From Candidatus Altiarchaeota archaeon (lineage in GTDB: Archaea > Altiarchaeota > Altiarchaeia > IMC4 > QMZM01): a stretch of 64,000 nt of DNA. Positions 1 through 8,645 of this stretch are shown piece by piece. The stretch's first letter is position 1, and each line of letters begins with the position of its first letter. Under the pieces are notes generated by a model. The model saw nothing but the letters and a program-made list of their open reading frames with translations, was not told the origin of the DNA and did no database searches. A program made the translations under genes and the position numbers. The DNA is taken from positions 31,629-95,628 of the forward strand of contig JAWAEV010000003.1 of the NCBI GenBank assembly GCA_038891095.1, in the 5' to 3' direction.

Positions 1-399
1 TTCAAGCATCTTCTTTAATAACTCTTTAGCTCTTTCGACTATCTGCTTCCTTTTTGCAACTCTAGCATCCTCTATTTTATTGACTGTAATTTTAGCATTA
101 CATGGGCCTACACGATCAACACTTTCAATAGCCGCAGCAATAATTGATGTTTCAACCATATCCAAACTTGATGGCACAATAATTGTTCCACTTGATTTTC
201 CAACTTTTGCTTCTAATTCAACTTCAATTCTACCAACTCTTCCTGTCTTTTGCAATTCTCTAAGTTCTAAATCCTCACCTAATAAACCTTCAGATTGACC
301 AAATATGGCACCAACCACATCTGGCTTTTCAACTATTCCGTCAACCACTATATTTGCATAAATATTGTACTTTATAGTATCTGCTGGCGCTTTTGCCAT
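1..399 (-). CDS. dnaG: Archaeal DnaG (primase-like exosome subunit), N-terminal part; truncated by window edge
   Basis: Manual translation from ATG at 399: [60 protein letters not shown]..., the hallmark archaeal DnaG N-terminus; SD GAGGTGA just upstream; not in ORF track. Confidence 0.95.
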   Translation of the reverse strand, partial: MAKAPADTIKYNIYANIVVDGIVEKPDVVGAIFGQSEGLLGEDLELRELQKTGRVGRIEVELEAKVGKSSGTIIVPSSLDMVETSIIAAAIESVDRVGPCNAKITVNKIEDARVAKRKQIVERAKELLKKMLE

Positions 400-403
400 T
401 TTA

Positions 404-411
404 ATCACCTC
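404..411 (-). promoter_or_regulatory. Shine-Dalgarno site of dnaG
   Basis: Plus strand atcacctc = GAGGTGAT on minus, 4 nt before the ATG. Confidence 0.75.
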
Positions 412-419
412 AAAATTTA

Positions 420-540
420 GAAATAACAAAAATCAACACATCAGTCAAGATAACTAAAACTTACAAAATTTGAAGTAATACCCAAATCTAAAATACGAAC
501 ATGATATGATTCTTGACGATGAGATTGATTTTGTTATTTC
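420..540 (-). other. Long imperfect inverted repeat / stem-loop in putative dnaG 5' leader
   Basis: Arm 420-450 GAAATAACAAAAATCAACACATCAGTCAAGA vs reverse complement of 511-540 GAAATAACAAAATCAATCTCATCGTCAAGA. Confidence 0.75.
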
Positions 541-651
541 AATAATATTCTTAAATTGAATGTTAATAAATCAAATAGAAATTTATATAAAAATGTAGTG
601 CCTAACTCTAATTAAATAAAACTCACATTAGTTAAAAACCAATGTCATATA

Positions 652-807
652 TTATGGCCCAATAAAACCACATTCATTGCATTTATACTTAACACCTAAA
701 ATTCTACATGAGTTGCATCTTATAAAATTTGTTTTTCCACAATTAGGGCATTTGAACTCAACATAATTTTTTACAATTCCTTTACCACATGTTGAACAAT
801 TTATCAT
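652..807 (-). CDS. Small zinc-finger protein, COG2888/HVO_2753-like (51 aa)
   Basis: Manual translation MINCSTCGKGIVKNYVEFKCPNCGKTNFIRCNSCRILGVKYKCNECGFIGP; four CxxC motifs and the family C-terminal CGFxGP; not in ORF track. Confidence 0.92.
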   Translation of the reverse strand: MINCSTCGKGIVKNYVEFKCPNCGKTNFIRCNSCRILGVKYKCNECGFIGP

Positions 808-877
808 TTTATATGAATAAGGAATATATAGCTTTTAGTATTTAAATTAGATATACCATTAGGCTAATAAATGAAAA

Positions 878-1399
878 ATGACAGAAATTATAATAAAGAA
901 AGGTAATATAATCCAAGAAAGAGTTGATGCAATTGTTAATCCTGCAAATTCCTATGGCTTTATGTCTGGAGGAGTCGCTTATGTTATAAAAAATTTTGGA
1001 GGTAAAGAAATCGAAGAGGAAGCTATCAAAAAAGCACCAATAAAAATTGGCGATGCAATTATAACAACTGCAGGAAAGCTTCAAGCAAAATTTATAATTC
1101 ATGCTCCAACGATGGAAAAACCTGCAATGAAAACTTTAGTTGAAAATGTCATAAAAGCTACTTATGCTGCATTAAAATGCGCTGATAAGAATAAATTAAA
1201 TTCGATTGCATTTCCAGGCATGGGTACTGGTGTTGGTTGTGTTAGAGCTGAAGATGCAGCTATAGCAATGATATCAACAATAAGAAAATTTCTAAAAGAA
1301 AGAAAAGACACGACTTTGAAGAGAATTTTACTAATTGCCTATGAAAATAAATTATTTAATGAATTTGAAAAAGCATTAAGGAAAAATGAAGCAAATTGA
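878..1399 (+). CDS. Macro domain (ADP-ribose-binding/hydrolase) protein
   Basis: GNI..E.VDAIVNPANS..MSGGVA, IIHAPTM, IAFPGMGTGVG motifs. Confidence 0.93.
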   Translation: MTEIIIKKGNIIQERVDAIVNPANSYGFMSGGVAYVIKNFGGKEIEEEAIKKAPIKIGDAIITTAGKLQAKFIIHAPTMEKPAMKTLVENVIKATYAALKCADKNKLNSIAFPGMGTGVGCVRAEDAAIAMISTIRKFLKERKDTTLKRILLIAYENKLFNEFEKALRKNEAN

Positions 1400-2696
1400 A
1401 AACATAATTGAGCCAGGGAATATTGTTGAAGTTAAAACAAAAGATAGCATATACAAGGGTATAATAATGGAAAGACCAAAATTAGCTGAAGATAGTTTTT
1501 TAGTAATAAAATTAGAAAATGGTTATGATATTGGTCTAAGGAAAGAAGAAATTGAAGAAATAAAACTAATTGGTAAAGTTGTAAAAAAGGAAAAAAAGAA
1601 AAAAATTGAAATTACTGAGTCAGATTCTAAAAATATAAGAGTTGCAATAATATCTACAGGAGGTACAATTTCTTCAAGAGTTGACTACTATACAGGTGGA
1701 GTTTATGCAAGTTTCTCAGCAGAAGAACTTCTTGAAAGTTATCCTGAGCTAAGAAATTTTGCAAATATAAAAACAATTGATTTAATGCGAGTAATGTCAG
1801 AAGATATGAATCCAAAACTATGGATAAAGATAGCAGAAGCAGTTACAAATGAGTTGAGTTCAGATGATATAAAAGGAGTTGTAATTGCGCATGGTACTGA
1901 TACAATGCACTATACATCAGCAGCACTTTCTTTTATGCTTCAAGATATAGGCAAGCCAATTGCTCTTACTGGTAGCCAAAGATCTCCTGATAGAGGTTCA
2001 GCAGACGCATTCATAAATTTGCTTTGTAGTGTTATATGGGCTTCAAGTAAATATTCTAATGTAGCAGTTGTGATGCACGGTTCTATGGAAGATACTTTTT
2101 GTTTTGCTCACTTAGGAACAAAAGTCAGAAAAATGCACACATCAGCAAGAGATGCATTTCAATCAATAAATACTAAACCACTTGCTAAAATTTTTCCTAA
2201 TGGGAAAATTGAAGAAATTAGCGAAGATATAAAAAAGCGCTCTGATACAAAAATAAAATTAATGAAAGAAATTGAAGAAAGAGTTGCTTTAATAAAAATT
2301 TATCCCGGGATAGACCCAGAAATAGTTAATTTCTATATAGAAAAAAAATTTAAAGGTATAGTCTTTGAAGGTACTGGCTTAGGACATTTACCAACAATAT
2401 TTAAAGAGAAAAGTTTTTTAGAATATATCAAAAAGGCAGTTGATTCTGGAATGAGCATAGCAATGACTTCACAATGTATTTATGGTAGAGTGAACCCCTA
2501 TGTTTACACCAATCTAAGAAAATTAAGTTCCATAGGTGTTATCTACTGTGAAGATATGCTTCCAGAAACGGCTTATGTAAAATTAATGTGGGTTCTCGGC
2601 CAAACAAAAGAGCAAGGGAAAGTCAAAGATTTAATGCTAAAAAATTTTGCAGGAGAAATTTCTGAAAGGAGTGTCATCAATAAAAAAGTTAGTTGA
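1386..2696 (+). CDS. gatD: Glu-tRNA(Gln) amidotransferase subunit D
   Basis: N-terminal KLENGYDIG domain plus asparaginase motifs STGGTISS, HGTDT, GSQRSPDR. Confidence 0.96.
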   Translation: MKQIENIIEPGNIVEVKTKDSIYKGIIMERPKLAEDSFLVIKLENGYDIGLRKEEIEEIKLIGKVVKKEKKKKIEITESDSKNIRVAIISTGGTISSRVDYYTGGVYASFSAEELLESYPELRNFANIKTIDLMRVMSEDMNPKLWIKIAEAVTNELSSDDIKGVVIAHGTDTMHYTSAALSFMLQDIGKPIALTGSQRSPDRGSADAFINLLCSVIWASSKYSNVAVVMHGSMEDTFCFAHLGTKVRKMHTSARDAFQSINTKPLAKIFPNGKIEEISEDIKKRSDTKIKLMKEIEERVALIKIYPGIDPEIVNFYIEKKFKGIVFEGTGLGHLPTIFKEKSFLEYIKKAVDSGMSIAMTSQCIYGRVNPYVYTNLRKLSSIGVIYCEDMLPETAYVKLMWVLGQTKEQGKVKDLMLKNFAGEISERSVINKKVS

Positions 2697-2746
2697 TACT
2701 CTCCCAGTGAATCTAAAAATATAGAGCAGTCTTAAGAATCATAAAT

Positions 2747-3448
2747 TCAAACTGAAAATTCAATTTCTTTTTGCGTTTTACCAAAATCTGTTTCTATAAT
2801 CCTTCTTATTATACCTTCCCTTTTTGCTTTAATTCTTGCTTCTTTGAAATTATCTTTAAGGCCTTCTGGCACAATGAGTTTTTTTATAAAATAAATATGA
2901 GAAATTTTAACCTTATTAAATTTATCAAAACTCTCGACATCAAATGCTATTTCTTCAGAAACTTTACTTTGAGCATTGATCCCAAGCGTAGCATTAAAAA
3001 AATTTTCATCAAATTTTCCAGGTTTTGGTAAATTCTTTTTTGTTTTCATGGAAAATTCTTTATTATCAGATTTTAAATCAAAAAGAAAATAAGCATCAAA
3101 AAAGTTATCATAAAGTTTTAAGAGGTCATCTTTTAAATAAGAACCTTTGATTTCATAGCATTGGAGCCTAGATTTTTTTACTTTTATTATATCAACAATT
3201 TCTCTCAGACTTTTTTCTATATCTGCCTTTGAGATAATCTTTCCAGAGCATTTGCATTGGTTTGAAAATTCTGAAATTATTCTACCAACAATATTAACAT
3301 AGTCAACACTTCCACTAAGCTTTATCTTCTTATTATCTTTTTCTATGAGAATAACTGGTCCAGGAAATTCTCCTCTCCCATATCTTATAAATTTTTCATG
3401 GATACTCGCATTAAATTCCTTAAGAAAAATTGCTTTTATAAAGTGCAT
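2747..3448 (-). CDS. Hypothetical protein (233 aa) downstream of Topo VI
   Basis: Long ORF starting 3 nt after the top6A stop, with host-like composition; no family recognised. Confidence 0.75.
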   Translation of the reverse strand: MHFIKAIFLKEFNASIHEKFIRYGRGEFPGPVILIEKDNKKIKLSGSVDYVNIVGRIISEFSNQCKCSGKIISKADIEKSLREIVDIIKVKKSRLQCYEIKGSYLKDDLLKLYDNFFDAYFLFDLKSDNKEFSMKTKKNLPKPGKFDENFFNATLGINAQSKVSEEIAFDVESFDKFNKVKISHIYFIKKLIVPEGLKDNFKEARIKAKREGIIRRIIETDFGKTQKEIEFSV

Positions 3449-3451
3449 TTT

Positions 3452-4540
3452 TTATGGCAACAAATCGCCAGCTTTGATTTTCTCTGGTAAGTATTTCTCA
3501 GAAACGAATTCTAATGACTTAGAAGCTAGAGCTTGTTGTTCAATTCTAACACCTTTTTCTTGCATTAACTTCAATTCTTTTTTCCATTCTTTGCTCTGAA
3601 ACCAAGGATATTGCAACAATTCATTAATTCTTTTTTTATCAACATCCTTAAGTTTCTCAGTAACTTTTTCTAAGCCATATCTATCAATATCAGTCATTGT
3701 CATCCCAACAAATTTCATTCCTGGAGTACCAAGCCTCTTAGATTCATGTGCTAAAGCCATTGAACCAGCTTTCATTACAGAGTAGATATAAAAACCCCAA
3801 GGATCGCCATCTGTGAACATTATAACAGGTAATTTTAATTCATTATGCATTCTGTGCACAAGTCTCCTACAACCTCTTGCAGCTTGCCCTTTTGTTGCAA
3901 CCATAATACAATTATTCTTGAGATGATATTTTTCTTCAACGAGCCTGTCAAACATTGCACCAGTTTCTATAACTAAAATGTAGTCAGCTTCAACTTCCTT
4001 GAATTTATATTGTTCTACAATCGAAGGTATTGCTAAACCTGATCTGCCAAGTTTTGAGCAATCAATTCTATCACCAGAATCTTCAATTACGATCTTCCCT
4101 ATAAGTGTTCCCTTATCATCTGCTTTTAAATGAAGTTCCTCTCTTAAAACTGAGAGCATTGTCTCTAAATCAACAATTAGCGGATCGCTTTCACTTTGGT
4201 CTTCAAATGTATTCTCTTTTGTGTCAGCAATTGTGTGTTTTAATTGATAATAAAGTTCTCTTATTGATGCTGTTTTATCTCTTGATATAAGCTCTTTGCA
4301 TTTGTTTGCAATTAAGATAGTCTGCATAAATTTCTTTGAGTGCGCAACATTTAGAAATGACCTAACAGATTTTTTATCACCAAGTTCAAGAATATTTTTC
4401 TCTTTATTAAAATGAACATTACTAAAACTTCTAACAGGAACATGCATCTTTGGGCTTTCATGCTTCTCTATATTCTCCCTTATATCCTTAGCTAAATTTA
4501 ATATACTCTCTATTACTTCTTTACTTCTTTCATTTTTCAT
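3452..4540 (-). CDS. top6A: DNA topoisomerase VI subunit A
   Basis: RELYY catalytic Tyr, TF..Q.ESD, TOPRIM ET.AMF and DGDPWG, EQQAL. Confidence 0.97.
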   Translation of the reverse strand: MKNERSKEVIESILNLAKDIRENIEKHESPKMHVPVRSFSNVHFNKEKNILELGDKKSVRSFLNVAHSKKFMQTILIANKCKELISRDKTASIRELYYQLKHTIADTKENTFEDQSESDPLIVDLETMLSVLREELHLKADDKGTLIGKIVIEDSGDRIDCSKLGRSGLAIPSIVEQYKFKEVEADYILVIETGAMFDRLVEEKYHLKNNCIMVATKGQAARGCRRLVHRMHNELKLPVIMFTDGDPWGFYIYSVMKAGSMALAHESKRLGTPGMKFVGMTMTDIDRYGLEKVTEKLKDVDKKRINELLQYPWFQSKEWKKELKLMQEKGVRIEQQALASKSLEFVSEKYLPEKIKAGDLLP

Positions 4541-6219
4541 TCTTCCAATACCCCCTCATCAACTTTTTCATATTCAACTTCTTCAGAGTCATATTCGTCC
4601 TCAAGCGGTAATTCTTCCTCAGATTTGGCTTCTTCTTCAGTTTCAAGAGCTTCTTCAAGTTTTAATTTTTCCTCAATTAATTTTTCTAATTCTGAAAGAA
4701 GTTTCTTTTCATCTGAGTTTGTAATTGATGCAATCGCATAAGCAAGTTCTGTGCTATATTTCATTAAAATTTGTTTTTTTGCTTCTTTTTCAAATGCTCT
4801 TCTCTTTCTTGAATAGAAAATCTGAAATTTTCTTCCTACATCCATTAATGCAGCTCTTAGTTCTTTAAGTATCTCTCTATCCTCTGCAATAGATTGTTTT
4901 CCTGCTGATGTATATGGCACATAAGTTGACACAATGTTAATAAATATCGTAATCGGAGAATTTTCAAAGTCTTTTATACCATATCTTTTCCAATCTATTG
5001 AATTTACAGCCTTTGTTATCACACAACCACCAGCATCAAATAGCAAAGGAGCCCTGTTTGCAAATCTCATTATCTCACTTTTTCTTCCAGTTTCACTTTC
5101 ATTTGATGCTTTACCAGCATGGCCGCCATAGGCAATTGCAACCTCAACTTGAAATGCAACTCCTCCTGAATGAGTTTTTGGCGGTCTTGTAATAACTGCC
5201 TCAAACTCAGGATCAAGGATATTAAGTAAAGAGTTCCTTATATGTTCTTCATCAATTGTTATCAAGCCTTCAGTTGGTGGGGCTAAAAATTTAATCTTCT
5301 TGAATGCATTCACTATTTCTTCACATTCTTGCCATGTTAATCTTTGAGGACTTTTGTTTAGGTCAAAACTAACAAGGCTTTGCACTTCTCTTACTTTTGC
5401 ATTTGAAATTCTTGAGAATGAGTTAACTAAGAATGACGAAACTCTTCTCGCGTTTGTTCTCTTAGCCATGTTTATTAGATCGTCAACGCCAATACCATTA
5501 GGGTGCGGTTTAACATCAATAGGTGTTTTTGGAATTTTATCTGAAGATCTCTCAAAAACTGTTTTTCTACCTTCAGGATCAATAAAGGTTATTCTAGCAT
5601 GAGGATTTGCTAATGCCGTCCTTCTCAAATATTCGAAAGGACCATTTTCAGTAAGTTTAAATTTTACCCCCTTTACTTCACCTTGAATTTCTGTCCCACG
5701 CCAATATTGAGAAAACTCATTCTGTGAAACTATTTCTGGTTTATTCTTTGTTACATCTATCATAATCTCAAATTCATGAACTTTTCCATTACCTGTAGAA
5801 GTTCTAACAAATAATGGTTTACCAGTTGTAATTTGTGAGAATAATGTCACTCCAGAAACACCAATTCCTTGTTGGCCTCTTAATTGTATATTCCTATGAA
5901 ATTTAGTTCCTGCCAACATCTTACCAAAGACATCTGCAATGTGTTTCATTGGAATTCCTGGACCATTGTCTTTCCCAATAAATTTATAGTGCTCTTCACC
6001 AAGCTCTTTAATTTCAAATTCAATATCTGGCAAAATTCCTGCTTCTTCGGCTGCATCTAAGGAATTTGTTACGATTTCATGAACAATTGTAGTTAATGAT
6101 CTTACTTGGCCAGAATAGCCAAGATGTGCCTTATTCTTTCTAAAAAATTCAGTTATTGAAACCTCTTTGAATTCTCTGAATAGTTCATCAGCTGTTTTTT
6201 CTTTTAGTGCAACTTCCAT
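4537..6219 (-). CDS. top6B: DNA topoisomerase VI subunit B
   Basis: GHKL motifs EIVTNSLDA, DNGPGI, RGQQGIG; RFANRAPL; acidic tail; ATG at 6219 preferred over TTG at 6237. Confidence 0.97.
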   Translation of the reverse strand: MEVALKEKTADELFREFKEVSITEFFRKNKAHLGYSGQVRSLTTIVHEIVTNSLDAAEEAGILPDIEFEIKELGEEHYKFIGKDNGPGIPMKHIADVFGKMLAGTKFHRNIQLRGQQGIGVSGVTLFSQITTGKPLFVRTSTGNGKVHEFEIMIDVTKNKPEIVSQNEFSQYWRGTEIQGEVKGVKFKLTENGPFEYLRRTALANPHARITFIDPEGRKTVFERSSDKIPKTPIDVKPHPNGIGVDDLINMAKRTNARRVSSFLVNSFSRISNAKVREVQSLVSFDLNKSPQRLTWQECEEIVNAFKKIKFLAPPTEGLITIDEEHIRNSLLNILDPEFEAVITRPPKTHSGGVAFQVEVAIAYGGHAGKASNESETGRKSEIMRFANRAPLLFDAGGCVITKAVNSIDWKRYGIKDFENSPITIFINIVSTYVPYTSAGKQSIAEDREILKELRAALMDVGRKFQIFYSRKRRAFEKEAKKQILMKYSTELAYAIASITNSDEKKLLSELEKLIEEKLKLEEALETEEEAKSEEELPLEDEYDSEEVEYEKVDEGVLEE

Positions 6220-6331
6220 TTTTGCTAAAAATACCAAGAACCAACCAATTCTCAGATATTAAAACAAAATTACGTATCTCTGAGAACAAAAATTTCACAT
6301 TAGATAATAATTAATACTCCAAATTAAAATA

Positions 6332-6844
6332 CTAAATTATAACTTCTCTTTTAAATCTCAATTTCTTTTCTAAAAATTTATAAACAGATCTATGAGAAGC
6401 ACCATTTAGTAGCTTTATAATAGCCTCTTTTGCAATTTCTGCATCTTCATATCTTCCAATGATACTTATTGTTTTCCCATAGATTGAAATGTAAGTGTCT
6501 GTAGATTCTTCAATTTTCTCTCTTGCTCTTCCGTGTTCGCCTATAACACGGGCTTTTTTTCTTATCAGCTCTTTTTCAGTATTCGCGAAATCTTTTAACC
6601 TTATAATTTCAAAACTGTAATTTTCATCTAAAAGTTTTAGTGCTTTTTCAGGGCTAAAACCACGAGCAATAGCTTTAACAATATCCTTAGCAATCCACTC
6701 ATCCATCGGTTGGCCTTCAATTGAAACCTCGCAATTATCTACTTTAATTTTAGTCCTTGTTTTTCTTTCAATCTCTCTTTTTATAGAACCATTTTCTCCT
6801 AATAAAATCCCTACCCTTTCCTCTGGAATTTTTATGTATTGCAT
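6332..6844 (-). CDS. KH-domain pre-rRNA processing protein (Dim2/Pno1-like)
   Basis: IP.ERVG.L.G..G, AIARGFSPEKA, RVIG..G..R..IE, G..H..VY; usual neighbour of top6B. Confidence 0.93.
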   Translation of the reverse strand: MQYIKIPEERVGILLGENGSIKREIERKTRTKIKVDNCEVSIEGQPMDEWIAKDIVKAIARGFSPEKALKLLDENYSFEIIRLKDFANTEKELIRKKARVIGEHGRAREKIEESTDTYISIYGKTISIIGRYEDAEIAKEAIIKLLNGASHRSVYKFLEKKLRFKREVII

Positions 6845-6893
6845 CTTTTAAGATTTTGTATTCTATAAAGAAATTTAATTAATTAATGTTCTC

Positions 6894-7484
6894 CTAGCGT
6901 TTTAATTTTAAAATAATCAAGAAAACTAATATGATAAAAAACCCTAAACCTAGAATGGTTAAATATTTTTCTATCTCTTTCATAGGTGTTATACAATCAT
7001 GGGGACAATTTTGATAATTCTCGTTTTTATCGCAAATCCCATCTCCGCATTTCTCTAAAGAAAAATTTGAAATGTCTATTGAAATAATCAGAGCACCGGT
7101 TTGATTATAAATGTTTATTTTTTTTCCATTTGAAAAGTAAGGGACGATTAGCGTGAAATTTACTTTTTCCAGCTCGATTACACCACCAGAGAGTTCTCCT
7201 GTTTTTTTATCTAAATAATCATAAAACCATTTCATAGGTAAATTAAATTTAAAAGAATACAACTCTTTATCATCGAAAGATATTACTTCACATCTATAGC
7301 CCAAGTCAGGCTGTATTTTTCTCCCTGGCGGATAGCCACTTTTAACATACACATCATTAACTAAAGAAATAACTCCTCTTTCGTATTTTAGATTTACAAC
7401 ATAAATTTTTCCAATATCTGCACCAACAAATGACAATATCACTAAAAACAAAATTAAATTTGTAATTATTTTTGTACTTTTCAT
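6894..7484 (-). CDS. Secreted/membrane-anchored protein with CGDGIC..E....CP.DC motif and C-terminal TM helix
   Basis: N-terminal signal peptide, CGDGICDKNENYQNCPHDC, hydrophobic C-terminus followed by KLKR. Confidence 0.8.
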   Translation of the reverse strand: MKSTKIITNLILFLVILSFVGADIGKIYVVNLKYERGVISLVNDVYVKSGYPPGRKIQPDLGYRCEVISFDDKELYSFKFNLPMKWFYDYLDKKTGELSGGVIELEKVNFTLIVPYFSNGKKINIYNQTGALIISIDISNFSLEKCGDGICDKNENYQNCPHDCITPMKEIEKYLTILGLGFFIILVFLIILKLKR

Positions 7485-7490
7485 TTTTAA

Positions 7491-8645
7491 TCAATTATAA
7501 TTATTCAAAATCGAAATTATTTGTCTTTGGCATACTGGGCAGAAATGCCAAATAGAACGTGTTCTCATAAGACAGTTATTCTCTGTTGCCCTATATAGAT
7601 TTCTATAACTGCAAATGGGATAGCATCCAGTTCCAGGAGTTCCTACCCATTTTGAGCATGAAGGTTCAGTATCACAATTTGCACCTGAGTAATACAAAGA
7701 ACCCATTTCACCATAATCATACTCATCCATCAACAAGCCAATATGATGGCCACCGCATTCATGAATACTCAACCAAGGATATGCATGAGATGAAACACAG
7801 TAAGGTGAAGATGACATACTTTCTCCACCTGCGCCAGCCCATTCATTACTTTTGAATAGCACAACTATGTTATCGTGAGGACATTCAGATGCCAAGGTTA
7901 TCACCTTAGCACTATTACAAAGAATTGACCTATCATATGCAAGGTGGCACTCAAGGTCCTCAAATTTATTTACGTAATGTACGTTAATCTTATTCCTATA
8001 AGAGCTATAAGGTGCAGTGTTCAAGAGAGCATTCATATGTTCTTGTACCTTAGAAATAAAAATCCCTAATTCTGAGGAATCATAATCATCGCCAACAAAA
8101 ACAATATCTAATTTATTTGAAGGATCACCATTATTTAAGATAGTAACGCAGTGAGTTGTAAAAATTGTAGTTGTTGAACTTAGGGGAGGAGTTGATGTAA
8201 CTATTGTTGAGCTTGTTGATATAGGTGTGCTAGTTGTGGCATAACTTGTTGTAGTTGTTGACCAAGTCAATGCAGTTGTCCAAAGAATCGTAGTGGTTGT
8301 AGATTTTGGTGGTGGTGGGCAATTACATTTAAACTCCTTGACATCTCCGCCTTCAATCAGAAAATTTACTAATGGGCAGGCAATTAAAATGAAAATCAAT
8401 ACAACTATAGCATATTTGATTCTTTTTTTCGCTTCTTCTCTTTCATACATATCCTCGTTTGTAAACAGTTTAACTCCAGAGAGAATAATTATCAAGGCAA
8501 CAATTCCAGCAATAATGAACATAATCAAGCAATAACATACAAGAATCCAATAATTCAAATGCGAAGAAATTTTTTCTTCAGGACTTTGAGCAAAAGCTAA
8601 ACTTGAAATTACAAAGATAAATAAAATTAAATTTTTATTTTCCAT
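7491..8645 (-). CDS. Pilin-like (TrbC/VirB2-type) membrane domain + Thr/Ser stalk + peptidase M64 domain
   Basis: Two-TM hairpin IAGIVALIIILSG..F......REEAKKRI.YAIV.LI; Thr-rich linker; NNGDPSNKLDIVFVGDDY, HECGGH..GL.DEY, CLMR, FCPVC; ATG at 8645 preferred. Confidence 0.82.
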   Translation of the reverse strand: MENKNLILFIFVISSLAFAQSPEEKISSHLNYWILVCYCLIMFIIAGIVALIIILSGVKLFTNEDMYEREEAKKRIKYAIVVLIFILIACPLVNFLIEGGDVKEFKCNCPPPPKSTTTTILWTTALTWSTTTTSYATTSTPISTSSTIVTSTPPLSSTTTIFTTHCVTILNNGDPSNKLDIVFVGDDYDSSELGIFISKVQEHMNALLNTAPYSSYRNKINVHYVNKFEDLECHLAYDRSILCNSAKVITLASECPHDNIVVLFKSNEWAGAGGESMSSSPYCVSSHAYPWLSIHECGGHHIGLLMDEYDYGEMGSLYYSGANCDTEPSCSKWVGTPGTGCYPICSYRNLYRATENNCLMRTRSIWHFCPVCQRQIISILNNYN

